Source: Octopus bimaculoides
Lineage: Eukaryota
Assembly: GCF_001194135.2 (NCBI RefSeq)
Contig: NC_068987.1
Span: forward strand, 87,037,747-87,094,774
Direction: 5' to 3'
DNA: 57,028 bases
The notes beneath the pieces are model-generated. The model saw only the letters and a list, made by a program, of their open reading frames with translations, made no database searches and was not told where the DNA came from. Positions 25,229-37,090 of this stretch are shown here, piece by piece; positions within the stretch are counted from its first letter, which is position 1; every line of letters starts with the position of its first letter. The position numbers and the translations under genes were made by a program.

Positions 25229-25291
25229 GTAAAGTGTGTGATTTATTTTCAAAGAAATTAGTTATTTGAAATAAATATCACAACATTTTAG

Positions 25292-25401
25292 AGAGAAATC
25301 GACACGTTATCTAAAAATCCGGCATCGACAGTATACTTCAACATAATGGGAAAAATATGGAACAGAAATATTCAGTAGAATCAATGGGCACAATTGGTTA
25401 G
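25292..25401 (+). pseudogene. Paralogous terminal exon copy with premature stop (xRNRHVI*KSGIDSILQHNGKNMEQKYSVESMGTIG*)
   Basis: ACATTTTAG acceptor; inverted homolog of 24907-25016; in-frame TAA at 25312-25314. Confidence 0.35.
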
Positions 25402-25766
25402 AAGAAAGAGGAATAATAAGAAATAGTTTACACAGGAATAGACTAACATAGCTAATGGAGTTACAAGGAAGAGATTGCTAGTGAGTGGAATTCTCCGTCA
25501 ATTGACAGTTTCCAATTACTGGCCGCAATAGCTAATCATTATTTATTTATTTATTCGTAATAGCATTCAACGAATTAGTAAACGTATCAGAAGTAGCACT
25601 CGACCTGTAATTGTAGCGAAACAATACAGATTTCCAAAATGAAGAACACCAGCAATCTACAATAAGCGGTTTCCGAACAACAAACGCCTCTTATATGTAT
25701 ACTCCATAGAAAGGGAAGACGTGTGGCTTAATTATTAGGTTATTCATTTAATGGTATGCGTTTCTA

Positions 25767-26086
25767 GTGAAGGCATGCCTATGGTTAGGGCATTCGGTTC
25801 AAGATCGTAAGGTCGTGAGTTCGATATACGGCAATGCGTTGTGTTTTGGGGAAAGACGCTTTATTTCATGTTCTTCCATTTCACTCAGCTGGCAAAAGTG
25901 AGTTGTACTTGTATTTCAAATGCTCAGCCTTGTCACATTCTGTGTCACACTGAATCTCCCTGAGAACTACATTAAGGGCATGCATGTCTGTGGAGTGCTC
26001 AGCCACTTGCACGTTAACTTCATGAGCAGGCTCCTCCGTTGATCGGATCAACTGGAACCCTCGGCGTTGTAACCAGCGGACTGCCA
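25767..26086 (+). mobile_element. SINE family C (CORE-like)
   Basis: tRNA-like head with GAGTTCGAT, AAGACGCTTTATTTCATG..CACTCAGCTGGCAAAA CORE-like segment, and tail. Confidence 0.88.
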
Positions 26087-26984
26087 GTTCAATTCCTCAA
26101 CTAGGTGGAGTGTTTCATTCTCTATTTCACGTAGCCCTTTTCTAACAAGCTTTCTTTGGTGTGAAGATAAAGAAAGAAAATTTCGAAATCAACAACTGCG
26201 AGAAAACAAGAAGGAACAATAAGATACGAAAAAGACAATGTAGCTTGTAAGAAGACGCTATCCGAGATTTACCAAAGAAGACGACGGGCAAAAGTAATAC
26301 TCCAACCAACAATGTTCCCAGTCACATGACACATACAGCCATGGGCCTATTTAGTCGAACTTTTTCACCACTCTACCACAACCTTCAGCAAATATTCTGG
26401 GAATTAGTACCTGATTATCTAAATTTTCTTTCTTTTCTAAGAAAAACTAAAAATATCAGTGTGGGATTTAGTCGAAAATGAAAGTAGCGATCGTCAGTGC
26501 TTTCAGTCGTAGCAAGCACACCAGAGAAGTAAAGGAAGATCTTCCCATACCCAAGGGGAGCTGCGAGGTAGTCTTTACGATGGGCGTGGCCATAATCTGG
26601 ATCCCTCCTACACGTAACAGCAACCTTTCTACGAATATGTAAAAGTTACAAACACTTAAACACACAATACCTTCAGACGGCTTTATCACTTGGAGCTGCT
26701 CCCCTCTAGCACAACCACACTAGCGCTTTCTGGAAATTTTCTGGAAATTCTGCAGGAAGAGACCAGTGGATTCACGTGGATCTTGTTGAAGGGGATGTTA
26801 GGCATGTGAGCGGCTTAGCATGATTATACTTCGTTTTCCTTCTTTCTTTGGGATCTGCAATCCATTAGATGCATGCACCGCCAGGGTAACATCTCAAAAC
26901 CGCAGTGTACGCAACCATCTCAATGTTTCTCTCAAATATTTCTTGAATCCTTTTGATCAAGAAATCCATTCCAATCCCTCATCT

Positions 26985-27164
26985 AATGAATTTTTAGATC
27001 AACAGTATGAACACTTTTTCACCAATGGGATCCAAACACTACAACACGGATGGAAGATGTGTGTGGACTGCAAGAAGGATTATGTTGAAAAATAAACCTC
27101 ATTTGGTTACATTCAATGACAGCGCATTTTGGGCAGCCTATAAAATTTTCAGCGGACCCTCGTA
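26985..27164 (+). mobile_element. mariner 3' end with terminal inverted repeat
   Basis: LDQQYEHFFTNGIQTLQHGWKMCVDCKKDYVEK*, then ...TTTTCAGCGGACCCTCG+TA. Confidence 0.8.
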
Positions 27165-27282
27165 TATCATCTTCATCACTTCACAGGTTTATTTAGGATA
27201 GGATGGTTATTAGCTCCTTGATTTTTTTTTCTAAGGGTCATACAGTAAGACTTTTTATGTGCCCAAAAGAGAACCGTACCTG

Positions 27283-27338
<56 letters not shown>

Positions 27339-27993
27339 ATCTCACTCTTTCTGTCTTTATTTATCTCTCTCTTTCTCTCTCTCTCTATCTCTCTCTCTTT
27401 CTATCTTTCTTTATCTCTCTCTTTATCTTTCTCTTTCTCTTTCTTTCTCTGTCTCTCTCTCTCTTAATATCTGCTTGTGTTGTTGTTAGTATCGTTGACT
27501 CTAGGTTTATTGTTTTATTGGAAGATGTTCGATCTCCTACTGCTGCTGGGGATTTTGCAAACTTCTGTTTCATAATTCAGTGTTCTTGTTTCTGTTATTG
27601 CTGCTATTATTATTATTATTGTTACCACTATTGTTATAGTTGTTGTTCTTGTTTTCGCAAGTGGTACTGCTGATATCATTTTACATTCCTAATACGTCTG
27701 TGGTATTGCAAAAGACGACTTCACTCTCAAAACTTTATCCAACATCCTTCTCTTACTGATTACCTTTCCTATTCTCCTCATCGCCGACAAAAAAGATACC
27801 ATTCCGATTTCTTTCTTTTTTGTTTTTACGTTTCAAAATAAACTTCCTTCTAAGATTATGGATCTGGTCAACTAAGAAGCAATGCAAAGCAATTAAATTA
27901 ATGCAGACTTCTGTGGAAGAAAACAACGGACACACAAAGAGAGTCTAAAAGATTATTTAGCAAGATAAACAAGAAGAATAATAACACTTTCTA

Positions 27994-28194
27994 ATTTTGG
28001 CACACAGCCAGCAATATTAGGGGTGGAGGAGGTTAGTGGATTTACATGATCGATACTTAATTCTATCGACCAAGGAAGAATGAAGGGCAGAGTTGGCTTC
28101 GGTGGGATTTCACTCCAGAACGTAAAGTACCGGAACATATATATCTCTCAGTATTTTCTCCTTTCCACTAACGATTCTGCCAATATCGCTGCCC
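27994..28194 (-). mobile_element. SINE family A, highly diverged
   Basis: TTTTGGCACA tail, ACTTAATTCTATCGACC core, CTAACGATTCTGCCA head remnants. Confidence 0.65.
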
Positions 28195-28197
28195 CAA

Positions 28198-28199
28198 TG

Positions 28200-28267
<68 letters not shown>

Positions 28268-28321
28268 AATAATAAAAAGAAGAAGAAGAAGAAGAAGAAG
28301 AAGAAGAAGAAGAAGAAAAAG

Positions 28322-28353
<32 letters not shown>

Positions 28354-28355
28354 GT
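28198..28355. repeat. Compound (AAT)n(AAG)n(AAC)n microsatellite
   Basis: Direct inspection. Confidence 0.95.
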
Positions 28356-28711
28356 AGAATGCGACTGTTATCGAATGAACACTATTTCAAAACTTCGTGT
28401 GTCTTCCACAAATTCGAAATAATCCTCTCAATCTACTTAATTTTGGTAATATTTAAGGATTGATAACAATCGCACTCTTGTTATTGTTCCTTTACCTTAA
28501 ATAATAATAATAATAATAATAATCATAACGACATCAGTGATGAAGATAATGATGATGGTGGTGGTGACGATGATACAGAAACAATTTAATGTTATTGGAA
28601 AATATAAAACTCTTTCCTGACTCACAGAAAACAAATAAAGCACCAGAGACTAAAACGGTTTGAAGAAAGTGAAAATGTTAAATGATTTTTGTTTTGTCGT
28701 TGTTCTTACTT

Positions 28712-29209
28712 TTATCTTCCACTAAGTGTTACTGTATGGAGGGGGGGCAGTTGTTGTTTTATGAACATAAATATGTGTGAGATAAGCAGAGTTACGTAAT
28801 GGAAATGGATAGATTGAAATCGGTGTGAAAAATAATACTCGTCTTGGAATTTTAAATTGTCTTTATATTCGAAAAATGTAGTAAATGTTGATAATCTAAA
28901 TTTAAGATTCCCAAATGTATTTTTTGCTTCAGGCACTTGGAATGAAAATAAATCAAAATCAATGAAGAATTTGCTTGATATAAATGGAATTGAAAATAAA
29001 TTGATTCAGCGATTTTGAACATATTTCGTATTGTATACAACATCATTTACATATTCTTCTAAATAGGGGAGAGAAAAAAAATCACTTTGTGATGCAGATT
29101 GAATATTTGATAGTTTTGTTGGAAAGATTATTCGCATTACATAGAGTTTGTACAAGAAACGAACTCCCCGGCAAAAGTTATTACATTTCCCAACGTCTCC
29201 CATATTCAT
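28712..29209 (-). pseudogene. Decayed coding-like frame of unknown origin
   Basis: Track ORFs 29006..29209 and 28712..28936 are in the same frame, separated by a single TGA, giving about 166 codons with one stop in very AT-rich DNA. Confidence 0.3.
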
Positions 29210-29744
29210 ATTTTTTGTGTTCTACTTGAGAAAAATGTAGGGACGTGATAATTTTGTAGGATATTGGAAAATCTATTTCTTAATAACTCAGAAATTATGT
29301 TCTGTGAGATTTAGATTGGATGATCCTATCATGACTGAAATTGAGGTCAGTAAACTTGGACCGTATCACTTGTTTTGTTACTGCTCTCTGTGGACAAAGG
29401 TTATAGACCAATATGTTATTACATACTGTAGAGAAGAGGCAACGGACAATTTTTTTTCTAATCTCTGTTATATGACTTTTACTAGTCTTTGGTCTGTGGC
29501 CATGATGAGGTGCCACCTTCAAAGAGCTAGGCCAATCATATCAACTGTAATAATAATTTTTGCCCCCAAGGTATTATATATCGAGTTATATTCATTAAAA
29601 AAACCTGTTATCCATACCTCGATGCACTGATTAGCGTTGGTAAACACGAAGTTAAGCAACAATGCTTATACTTCTCACATATATAACACATTCCAAATAT
29701 CAAATTTAATATACGAAGTATTAGGTTTAGTTTCGTGTAATTTG

Positions 29745-29955
29745 AAGGCAACGAGCTGGCAGAAACGTCAGCAACGCCGAGCGAAATGCTTAGCGGTATT
29801 TCGTCTGTATTTACGTTCTCATTTCAAATACCGCCGAGGTCGACTTTGCCTTTCATCCTTTCGGGGTCGATGAATTAAGTACTAGTTGCGTACTGGGGTC
29901 GATCTAATCGCCATCCCCCGCAAAGATTTCGAGTTTTGTGCCTAGAGTAGTAAAG
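29745..29955 (+). mobile_element. SINE family A
   Basis: Full head, core and tail. Confidence 0.88.
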
Positions 29956-31304
29956 AGTTTCATGTCATTTGTCCTGTCGATTGCGATGCGAGTTTCTCAA
30001 CTCCATAGCGTTTACCATGGAAATGCATTAGGAATTTAAAATAATTTTGTGAGTATAGTTCTTGATTTAATTTATTTGATGGATTAATCAGAGGAGAAAT
30101 AACAGTTTGTGGCAATTGTCCGGCCTCTCAAGATTAATGGGAGAAAGAAGAGTGGAAAAACAGATTCTTGAAAAATAGTGGTGTCCTTTAAAACCGTCTA
30201 AAACCAGACAGTTGTATTAAAATGCGCGGGAGATCAATTGAAGAACAGATACGATTCCTCCGACACAGTTACCGTCTACCACCTTTCTCTAACAACTCTC
30301 TTATCTACTTATCTTTCTCCTTTTAAGTCCAATCTACTGCTTTCAAATATTCTTCTGTCACTCTCATCCTCTCTCTCTTTCAATATGTCTCTCTGTCCCC
30401 AGTTTTTCTTTTGCCTTCCTTCTCCATCCGTTTCCCTCCCTCTTCCTCTAGTTTTGTCCCAATATTTTCTCTTCCCTTTAATTATGTCTTTTCTTCCTCG
30501 GTATCTCCTCTATAGCTGTAATACTTTTAACCCCTCTTTCACTTCTCTGCTCCCTATTCTCTTTAACTCTCCCTGTCCCTCTCGTCTTTTTCCTTGTTAC
30601 TGCCAACTTGATGCTATTATTTTCTTTGCATTTCAAACATCTCTTAATATTCCTCTTGATACTAATAAGTCTTCCCTCCTACTTATTCGCACATCATAGA
30701 TGTCGCACCACTTGTTCACAAGCCTGCCTAATCAGGACTAACTCAACGTTAAACAACAAGAAATCACAAGAGGCAAGACCTAGAAATACCAGTGATATCT
30801 TATGTCATTCCTGTATGTATGTCTATCTTCTAAACAGCTGCACGTAGCGAATTTCAAATCTTTCTACAAATCTTTTTATCTTCTATTAAACACACCAACA
30901 CCGGTTGTCAGGCGGTGGTGGGGAACAAACTAACACGAAGACTCACACACGCAGGTAATGACTGAAGCAAGTAAAACATAAACGACAGATGCTTTCCACT
31001 GTTTATTTATTGCACCTCTTTCTTTAATTTTTTCTTGGTTAATGTATTTCTCTTTAACTATAATTGACTTCTTTGTTTACATTCCATTATTAATTGACAT
31101 TCAACTTCTACACTTATCGTTCATATTTGCAAATCAGTTACAACTTTTAATTACTTTGCAATTTAACTTTACAATTGAATTCCTACTTAAAATCACGTTT
31201 CTTTAATTACTTTATAACTTACGATTATTTTGATTTTATTATTAATATTTTCATCAATAAAGCCACAGTAAAAATCGTACTAGACATGTAACTAGCTCTG
31301 GTGG

Positions 31305-31500
31305 CTAGCGAAAAGCGTGCTCTAAGGTGGTAGAATCATATGCGAAGAGGTTTAATTTAACAGTATCAGGAATGCAGCTCATAGCATATTTCAAACTAAA
31401 AATAAATGTGAGACTTGCCTTAAACAAAATGTTACCAGATAAGTAGCTTATCGTCGACTGGAAACTCTGATGAACGACAGTATAGGCTTCACATATTAAC
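31305..31500 (-). pseudogene. Heavily decayed CR1-like reverse transcriptase fragment
   Basis: LTFIFSLKYAMSCIPDTVKLNLFAYDSTTL resembles the LLF.LYINDLP.....L.LFADD.TL region. Confidence 0.4.
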
Positions 31501-31509
31501 AGGTAGTCT

Positions 31510-31819
31510 AAGGCGGCGAGCTGGCAGAATCGTTTGCACACCATGCAAAATCTTTAGCGGTATTTCGTCTGACGGCGGCGAGCTGGCAGAAACGTTAGCA
31601 CGCCGGGTGAAATGCTTAGCGGTATTTCGTCTGCCGCTACGTTCTGAGTTCAAATTCCGCCGAGGTCGACTTTGCCTTTCATCCTTTCGGGGTCGATTAG
31701 ATAAGTACCAGTTACGCACTGGGGTCGATATAATCGACTTAATCTGTTTGTCTGTCCTTTTTTGTCCCCTCTGTGTATAACCCCTTGTGGGCAGTAAAGA
31801 AATAGGTATTTCGTCTGAC
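31510..31819 (+). mobile_element. SINE family A nested in an older family A copy
   Basis: Inner copy 31574-31804 is flanked by a 15-bp TSD GGTATTTCGTCTGAC (31559-31573, 31805-31819). Confidence 0.9.
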
Positions 31820-31821
31820 GT

Positions 31822-32358
31822 TATGAGAATGTAGCCAGGTTTGTCCATTGGGACACTTTACAACAAGTATGGACTTGACAGAGCAAAAATGTGGTAGGAG
31901 CATAAACCTGATGGCATCATCGAAAGTAATAATGCAAAGATCCTATGGAATTTTATGATTCAGTGCGACCATGAGATAGAGAATAGGAAGCCGGACATAG
32001 TCTTAATTGAGAAAGAAATCAAACGATGCTGGATCTTAGATATAGCATGCCCAGCTGCCAACAAGGTATGCGATAAGGAAGAAAGAAAAGTCGATAGATA
32101 TGACAGGTTAGCTTGGGAGGTTAAGCAGTTGTGGTCGATGAAAAAAGTGGTAGTAGTACTAATAATAGTCGGAGCCCTGGGAACAGTGTGTAAAATTCTC
32201 GAAAAATACAGGGAACAAATAGGGGCTGCAATAAGGATGGAACACTTGCAGAAACAGCACTGCTTCGAACCACTCGAATACTCCGGAAGGTGCTCGAAAA
32301 ATAAGGAGTATTCACTTAGTTCACTGGTAGTGAACACCTGGCACCGTAGTACATCTCC
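31822..32358 (+). mobile_element. R4/Dong-type LINE family 1, 3' fragment (restriction-like endonuclease)
   Basis: VARFVHW..LYNKYGL...KILWNFMIQCDHEIENRKPDIVLIEKEIKRCWILDIACP...KVDRYDRLAWEVKQLW...IIVGALGTV; ends in (AAT)n. Confidence 0.88.
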
Positions 32359-32384
32359 AATAAATAATAATAATAATAATAATA

Positions 32385-32765
32385 AATATAATGCTTTCTA
32401 ATTGATGTATCAATGCCAGCAGATGACAACGTTTCTCTAAAAGAAATGGAAAAACTTTCAAAATACAAAGACCTGGAAATAGAGATAACTCGAATGTGGA
32501 ATCTAAAAACAGAAACAATTCCTATCATAGTAGGTGCCTTAGGTGTAATAAAAAAAATATTCATACAAATACATAACAAAAACACCAGGACTTACAAATA
32601 TATATAACATACAGAAAATTGCACTACTGAGCACTGCACACATCCTACGCAAAACACTTTCAATACAGTAACCATAAGAGCATCACACCAAACCACTGCA
32701 CATATCCAAGGCACACAGAGCTGCGCTCGGTAGTGAAGTGAAAGCACGTTATAAAAATAAAACTA

Positions 32766-32769
<4 letters not shown>
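32385..32769 (+). mobile_element. R4/Dong-type LINE family 2, 5'-truncated
   Basis: LIDVSMPADDNVSLKEMEKLSKYKDLEIEITRMWNLKTETIPIIVGALG; (AAT)n on both sides. Confidence 0.9.
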
Positions 32770-32840
<71 letters not shown>

Positions 32841-34517
32841 GATAATAATTGTAAAATTACATCATAAGGAAAATGTTCACAATTCTTATTCATTTTTAGT
32901 GTCGTTTTATAGAAGATCAATACAATGTTAGGACGGATTTGCAATCAGTTTTGCCTGGTACAGAATTTAATTTGCTTTGTCTTGCTCAAACAATAGTTTT
33001 AGAAATCAACCAACGCTTATGTTAGCAGAATTTACAGACTACAACGGCGCCAACAGAATTAGACTTGTATATATGAAAGATTGTGTAATGCTGCATGTAA
33101 TTTCGTACGTAATCGAATGCTCTCTATTGGAAAAAAAACACCTCGATGGAACCAAACAGTTGCACTCAGTTAAATAGGTGAGGAGTGATGTGGGTTTCAA
33201 AAGAAAAACCATTGGTGATAGGGTAGGGTAAACCAGAGCGTCTAACAGAGTAGCCTGTGGTCAACCTGGAGAAGAAATAGGCACTTTGATGTTATCTCTT
33301 TATCGGAAAGGACCATGGTGACGCACAGAATTTCGATCTGAAAATTCTTGGCTGATGACCAGGAACGTCGAAAGGTCAAGACGGAGTCTCTTCCTAAGGT
33401 GATCTTTTAGTGTTCATTGGATATTAATTTTGATTGATTGATTGATTGATTGATTGGCCGAAAAGAATAATTTCAGTATGTATGAATGTAGAGATATGCA
33501 TCACAGTGTGTGTGTGTGCATACATGAGTTCATATTTACGAATATGCAGGTGTTAACTCAACGCCCGTTTCACGTCACCTGCGTCGTTTAATCTTATTTC
33601 GAAAATAACCATCCGCTGTGTTTTATTCATCGAGAAAGTTTCTCTTACACACACACACACACACACANNNNNNNNNNNNNNNNNNNNNNNNNNNNNNNNN
33701 NNNNNNNNNNNNNNNNNNNNNNNNNNNNNNNNNNNNNNNNNNNNNNNNNNNNNNNNNNNNNNNNNNNNNNNNNNNNNNNNNNNNNNNNNNNNNNNNNNNN
33801 NNNNNNNNNNNNNNNNNNNNNNNNNNNNNNNNNNNNNNNNNNNNNNNNNNNNNNNNNNNNNNNNNNNNNNNNNNNNNNNNNNNNNNNNNNNNNNNNNNNN
33901 NNNNNNNNNNNNNNNNNNNNNNNNNNNNNNNNNNNNNNNNNNNNNNNNNNNNNNNNNNNNNNNNNNNNNNNNNNNNNNNNNNNNNNNNNNNNNNNNNNNN
34001 NNNNNNNNNNNNNNNNNNNNNNNNNNNNNNNNNNNNNNNNNNNNNNNNNNNNNNNNNNNNNNNNNNNNNNNNNNNNNNNNNNNNNNNNNNNNNNNNNNNN
34101 NNNNNNNNNNNNNNNNNNNNNNNNNNNNNNNNNNNNNNNNNNNNNNNNNNNNNNNNNNNNNNNNNNNNNNNNNNNNNNNNNNNNNNNNNNNNNNNNNNNN
34201 NNNNNNNNNNNNNNNNNNNNNNNNNNNNNNNNNNNNNNNNNNNNNNNNNNNNNNNNNNNNNNNNNNNNNNNNNNNNNNNNNNNNNNNNNNNNNNNNNNNN
34301 NNNNNNNNNNNNNNNNNNNNNNNNNNNNNNNNNNNNNNNNNNNNNNNNNNNNNNNNNNNNNNNNNNNNNNNNNNNNNNNNNNNNNNNNNNNNNNNNNNNN
34401 NNNNNNNNNNNNNNNNNNNNNNNNNNNNNNNNNNNNNNNNNNNNNNNNNNNNNNNNNNNNNNNNNNNNNNNNNNNNNNNNNNNNNNNNNNNNNNNNNNNN
34501 NNNNNNNNNNNNNNNNN

Positions 34518-34577
<60 letters not shown>

Positions 34578-34824
34578 TGTGTCTGTGTGTGTGTGTGTGT
34601 TGGTGGATGTATATGTGTGTGTGTGTCTAATGTAAACAAACAAACATCGAGGTTTCAGCACAGTTTCTGTCTACCATGTCACTTGCCCACGTCCTACGGT
34701 TGGGCTGAAACCGAAACAGCATGGTTGGAAAATAATCTTCACACCCAAACACCCATACTTACAACGATATGTTCATACATACATACATACATATATACGT
34801 ACATACACGCACGCACACACACAA

Positions 34825-34877
<53 letters not shown>

Positions 34878-35774
34878 GATACATACATACATGCATTCTT
34901 TTATACATATATACATACATAAACGCACAAACACGTTTGTGTGTATGATTTTCTCTTGTGCAGAATTTAAAGCCGTCACTAAACATTAGCAAGACAGATT
35001 TTGGTTTGCGTTTGTGAATGCGTGTGTATGTGCGCGCGCGCGTGTGTGAATGCGCTTGTGAAGACCTTGATGTATGTGTACGTACGTAGACAAACGCTCA
35101 TCCTTGTGCACTACATATGTGCACACATATGTGTGTGTGCATGTGTATGTGTGTGTGTATGTGTGTGTGAATGCATATGTGTTTGGAAGAACCTTATGTA
35201 TGACTGTGTGCATAGACAAACGCTTATCTCTGTACACTAGTCATGTGCATATATATGTGTGTATGTGTGTTTGTGTATTTCCGTCTGTGTTTGTACTCAT
35301 GAAGTTGGTATACATGCTTCTCTATTGCACAAGTGTATGCGTATGTATGTATATTTGCATATATATATGAATGTATGTATGTATGTGCGTATGTATGTAT
35401 GATGTGTGTAAGGTTTTCTTTCGAAGTTATTTAAAATGTTTCCGTTGCAGAATTTAAGCCGGTGATGACCAAACTGACAAGATAACTCTTGAGGATTGTC
35501 AAGAGGTGAATTTGTGTGTGCTTATTGGTAGGTTCTTCAATAACTAATCTACTGTCATGTAATGGGTGTTGAAGTCACTTTAGTACACCAGCATGTGTGT
35601 ATGTATGTGTGTGGGCGCGTGTGTGTATGTTGCGTGTGTATATTCGTCTTCGGTCTTTCACTAGAATTCGTGTTCTTAACTGTATGCTTTTGTACGCCAT
35701 GTGATCATATGGTTGTGCACGTATTCGTTCCAAGATCTTAAGTAGAGATTCTCTAAAATGCTTTATGAATTTTG

Positions 35775-36370
35775 TGTGGAAACTTGGGCAAGTGTCTTCT
35801 ACTATAACCTTGGCTCGACCAAATCCTAGTCAACGGATTTGGCATACGGAAACTGTAAGAAACCCGTAATATACATATGTCAGTGTGGTTGTTTGTCGCC
35901 TCCCTTCCCAAATGACAACCGATGTTGATGTGTTTAGGTACCCGTATTGTTCAAACAGGTACCCCAGCTTGGCCTTAGCCTAATAGTTGAAACAAGTAAA
36001 TGATAAAAAATGATTGTACGCGCATGTGCGGCTGCATGAAAGAAGTTTGCGTCACACACACACACATGCATATATATAAAGAATTTTGTGTCACACACAC
36101 ACACACACACATATATACATATACACCTATATACACACAGATATATAGATACTTGTATATGTGTGTTTGTGATTTGTAACTATATTTCTCACCCCACCAC
36201 CGCTTGACAACCGGTGTTGGTTTGTCTACATCACATGTAACTTAGCTGTTCAGTAAAGAAGAAACCGAGCGAAAATAAGTGCCAGACTTAAAGAAATAAA
36301 GACATTATTACTCAGGTCGCTTTGTTCAACTAAACCATTTCATAGCAGTGCCCCAGCATAGTCGCACTCC
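35775..36370 (+). mobile_element. Two fragmented SINE family B copies
   Basis: TTGGGCAAGTGTCTTCTACTATA, TTGACAACCGGTGTTGG and CCCCAGCAT remnants. Confidence 0.7.
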
Positions 36371-36699
36371 AGTGACCGAAATAAGGGAAAACATGTGCAT
36401 TGGTTAAATCAGTGAACTGGTAGAGTTCATTCATTTTCGAAAGGACGAGAGAGGTTGAAGCAGATACATTAAGCAGTAGGGGGCAAGTCAGTTGCAGATA
36501 TAAACATTCAGAAGGTTTCCTTCCATGAGACCAAAAAATATTAAAATATGCAAAAATATGCATATATTAGCATCTCTGGGCATTTATGAATGATATTTGT
36601 ATGAATTTTATCGAACGAAGATAATCATATTTACATCAGTTTTCCTTTTAGGTGAGAATAATTATATTTACAAGTATCGTGTTTTATATATACGTATAT

Positions 36700-36707
36700 T
36701 GGGCATG

Positions 36708-36744
<37 letters not shown>

Positions 36745-37090
36745 NNNNNNNNNNNNNNNNNNNNNNNNNNNNNNNNNNNNNNNNNNATATATATACATAC
36801 ATACATATACATATATATATATACATGTATATACAGAAATATATATATATACATGTATATACATAAATATATATATATACATATATACATATATATACAT
36901 GCATATATACATATACCTATATATATATACATGTATATACATAAATATATATATATACATGTATATACATAAATATATATATATACATATATACATATAT
37001 ATACATGCATATAAACATACCTATATATATATACATATATATATACATACACACACAAACACACACATATATATATTGTGTATGTATGTA
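36700..37090. repeat. TA/CATATA compound microsatellite with repeated higher-order units
   Basis: Recurrent CATGTATATACATAAATATATATATATA blocks. Confidence 0.9.

Noticed and set aside
26470-26820. GC-richer, coding-looking stretch
   Set aside because: All frames are interrupted and no family motif was recognised.
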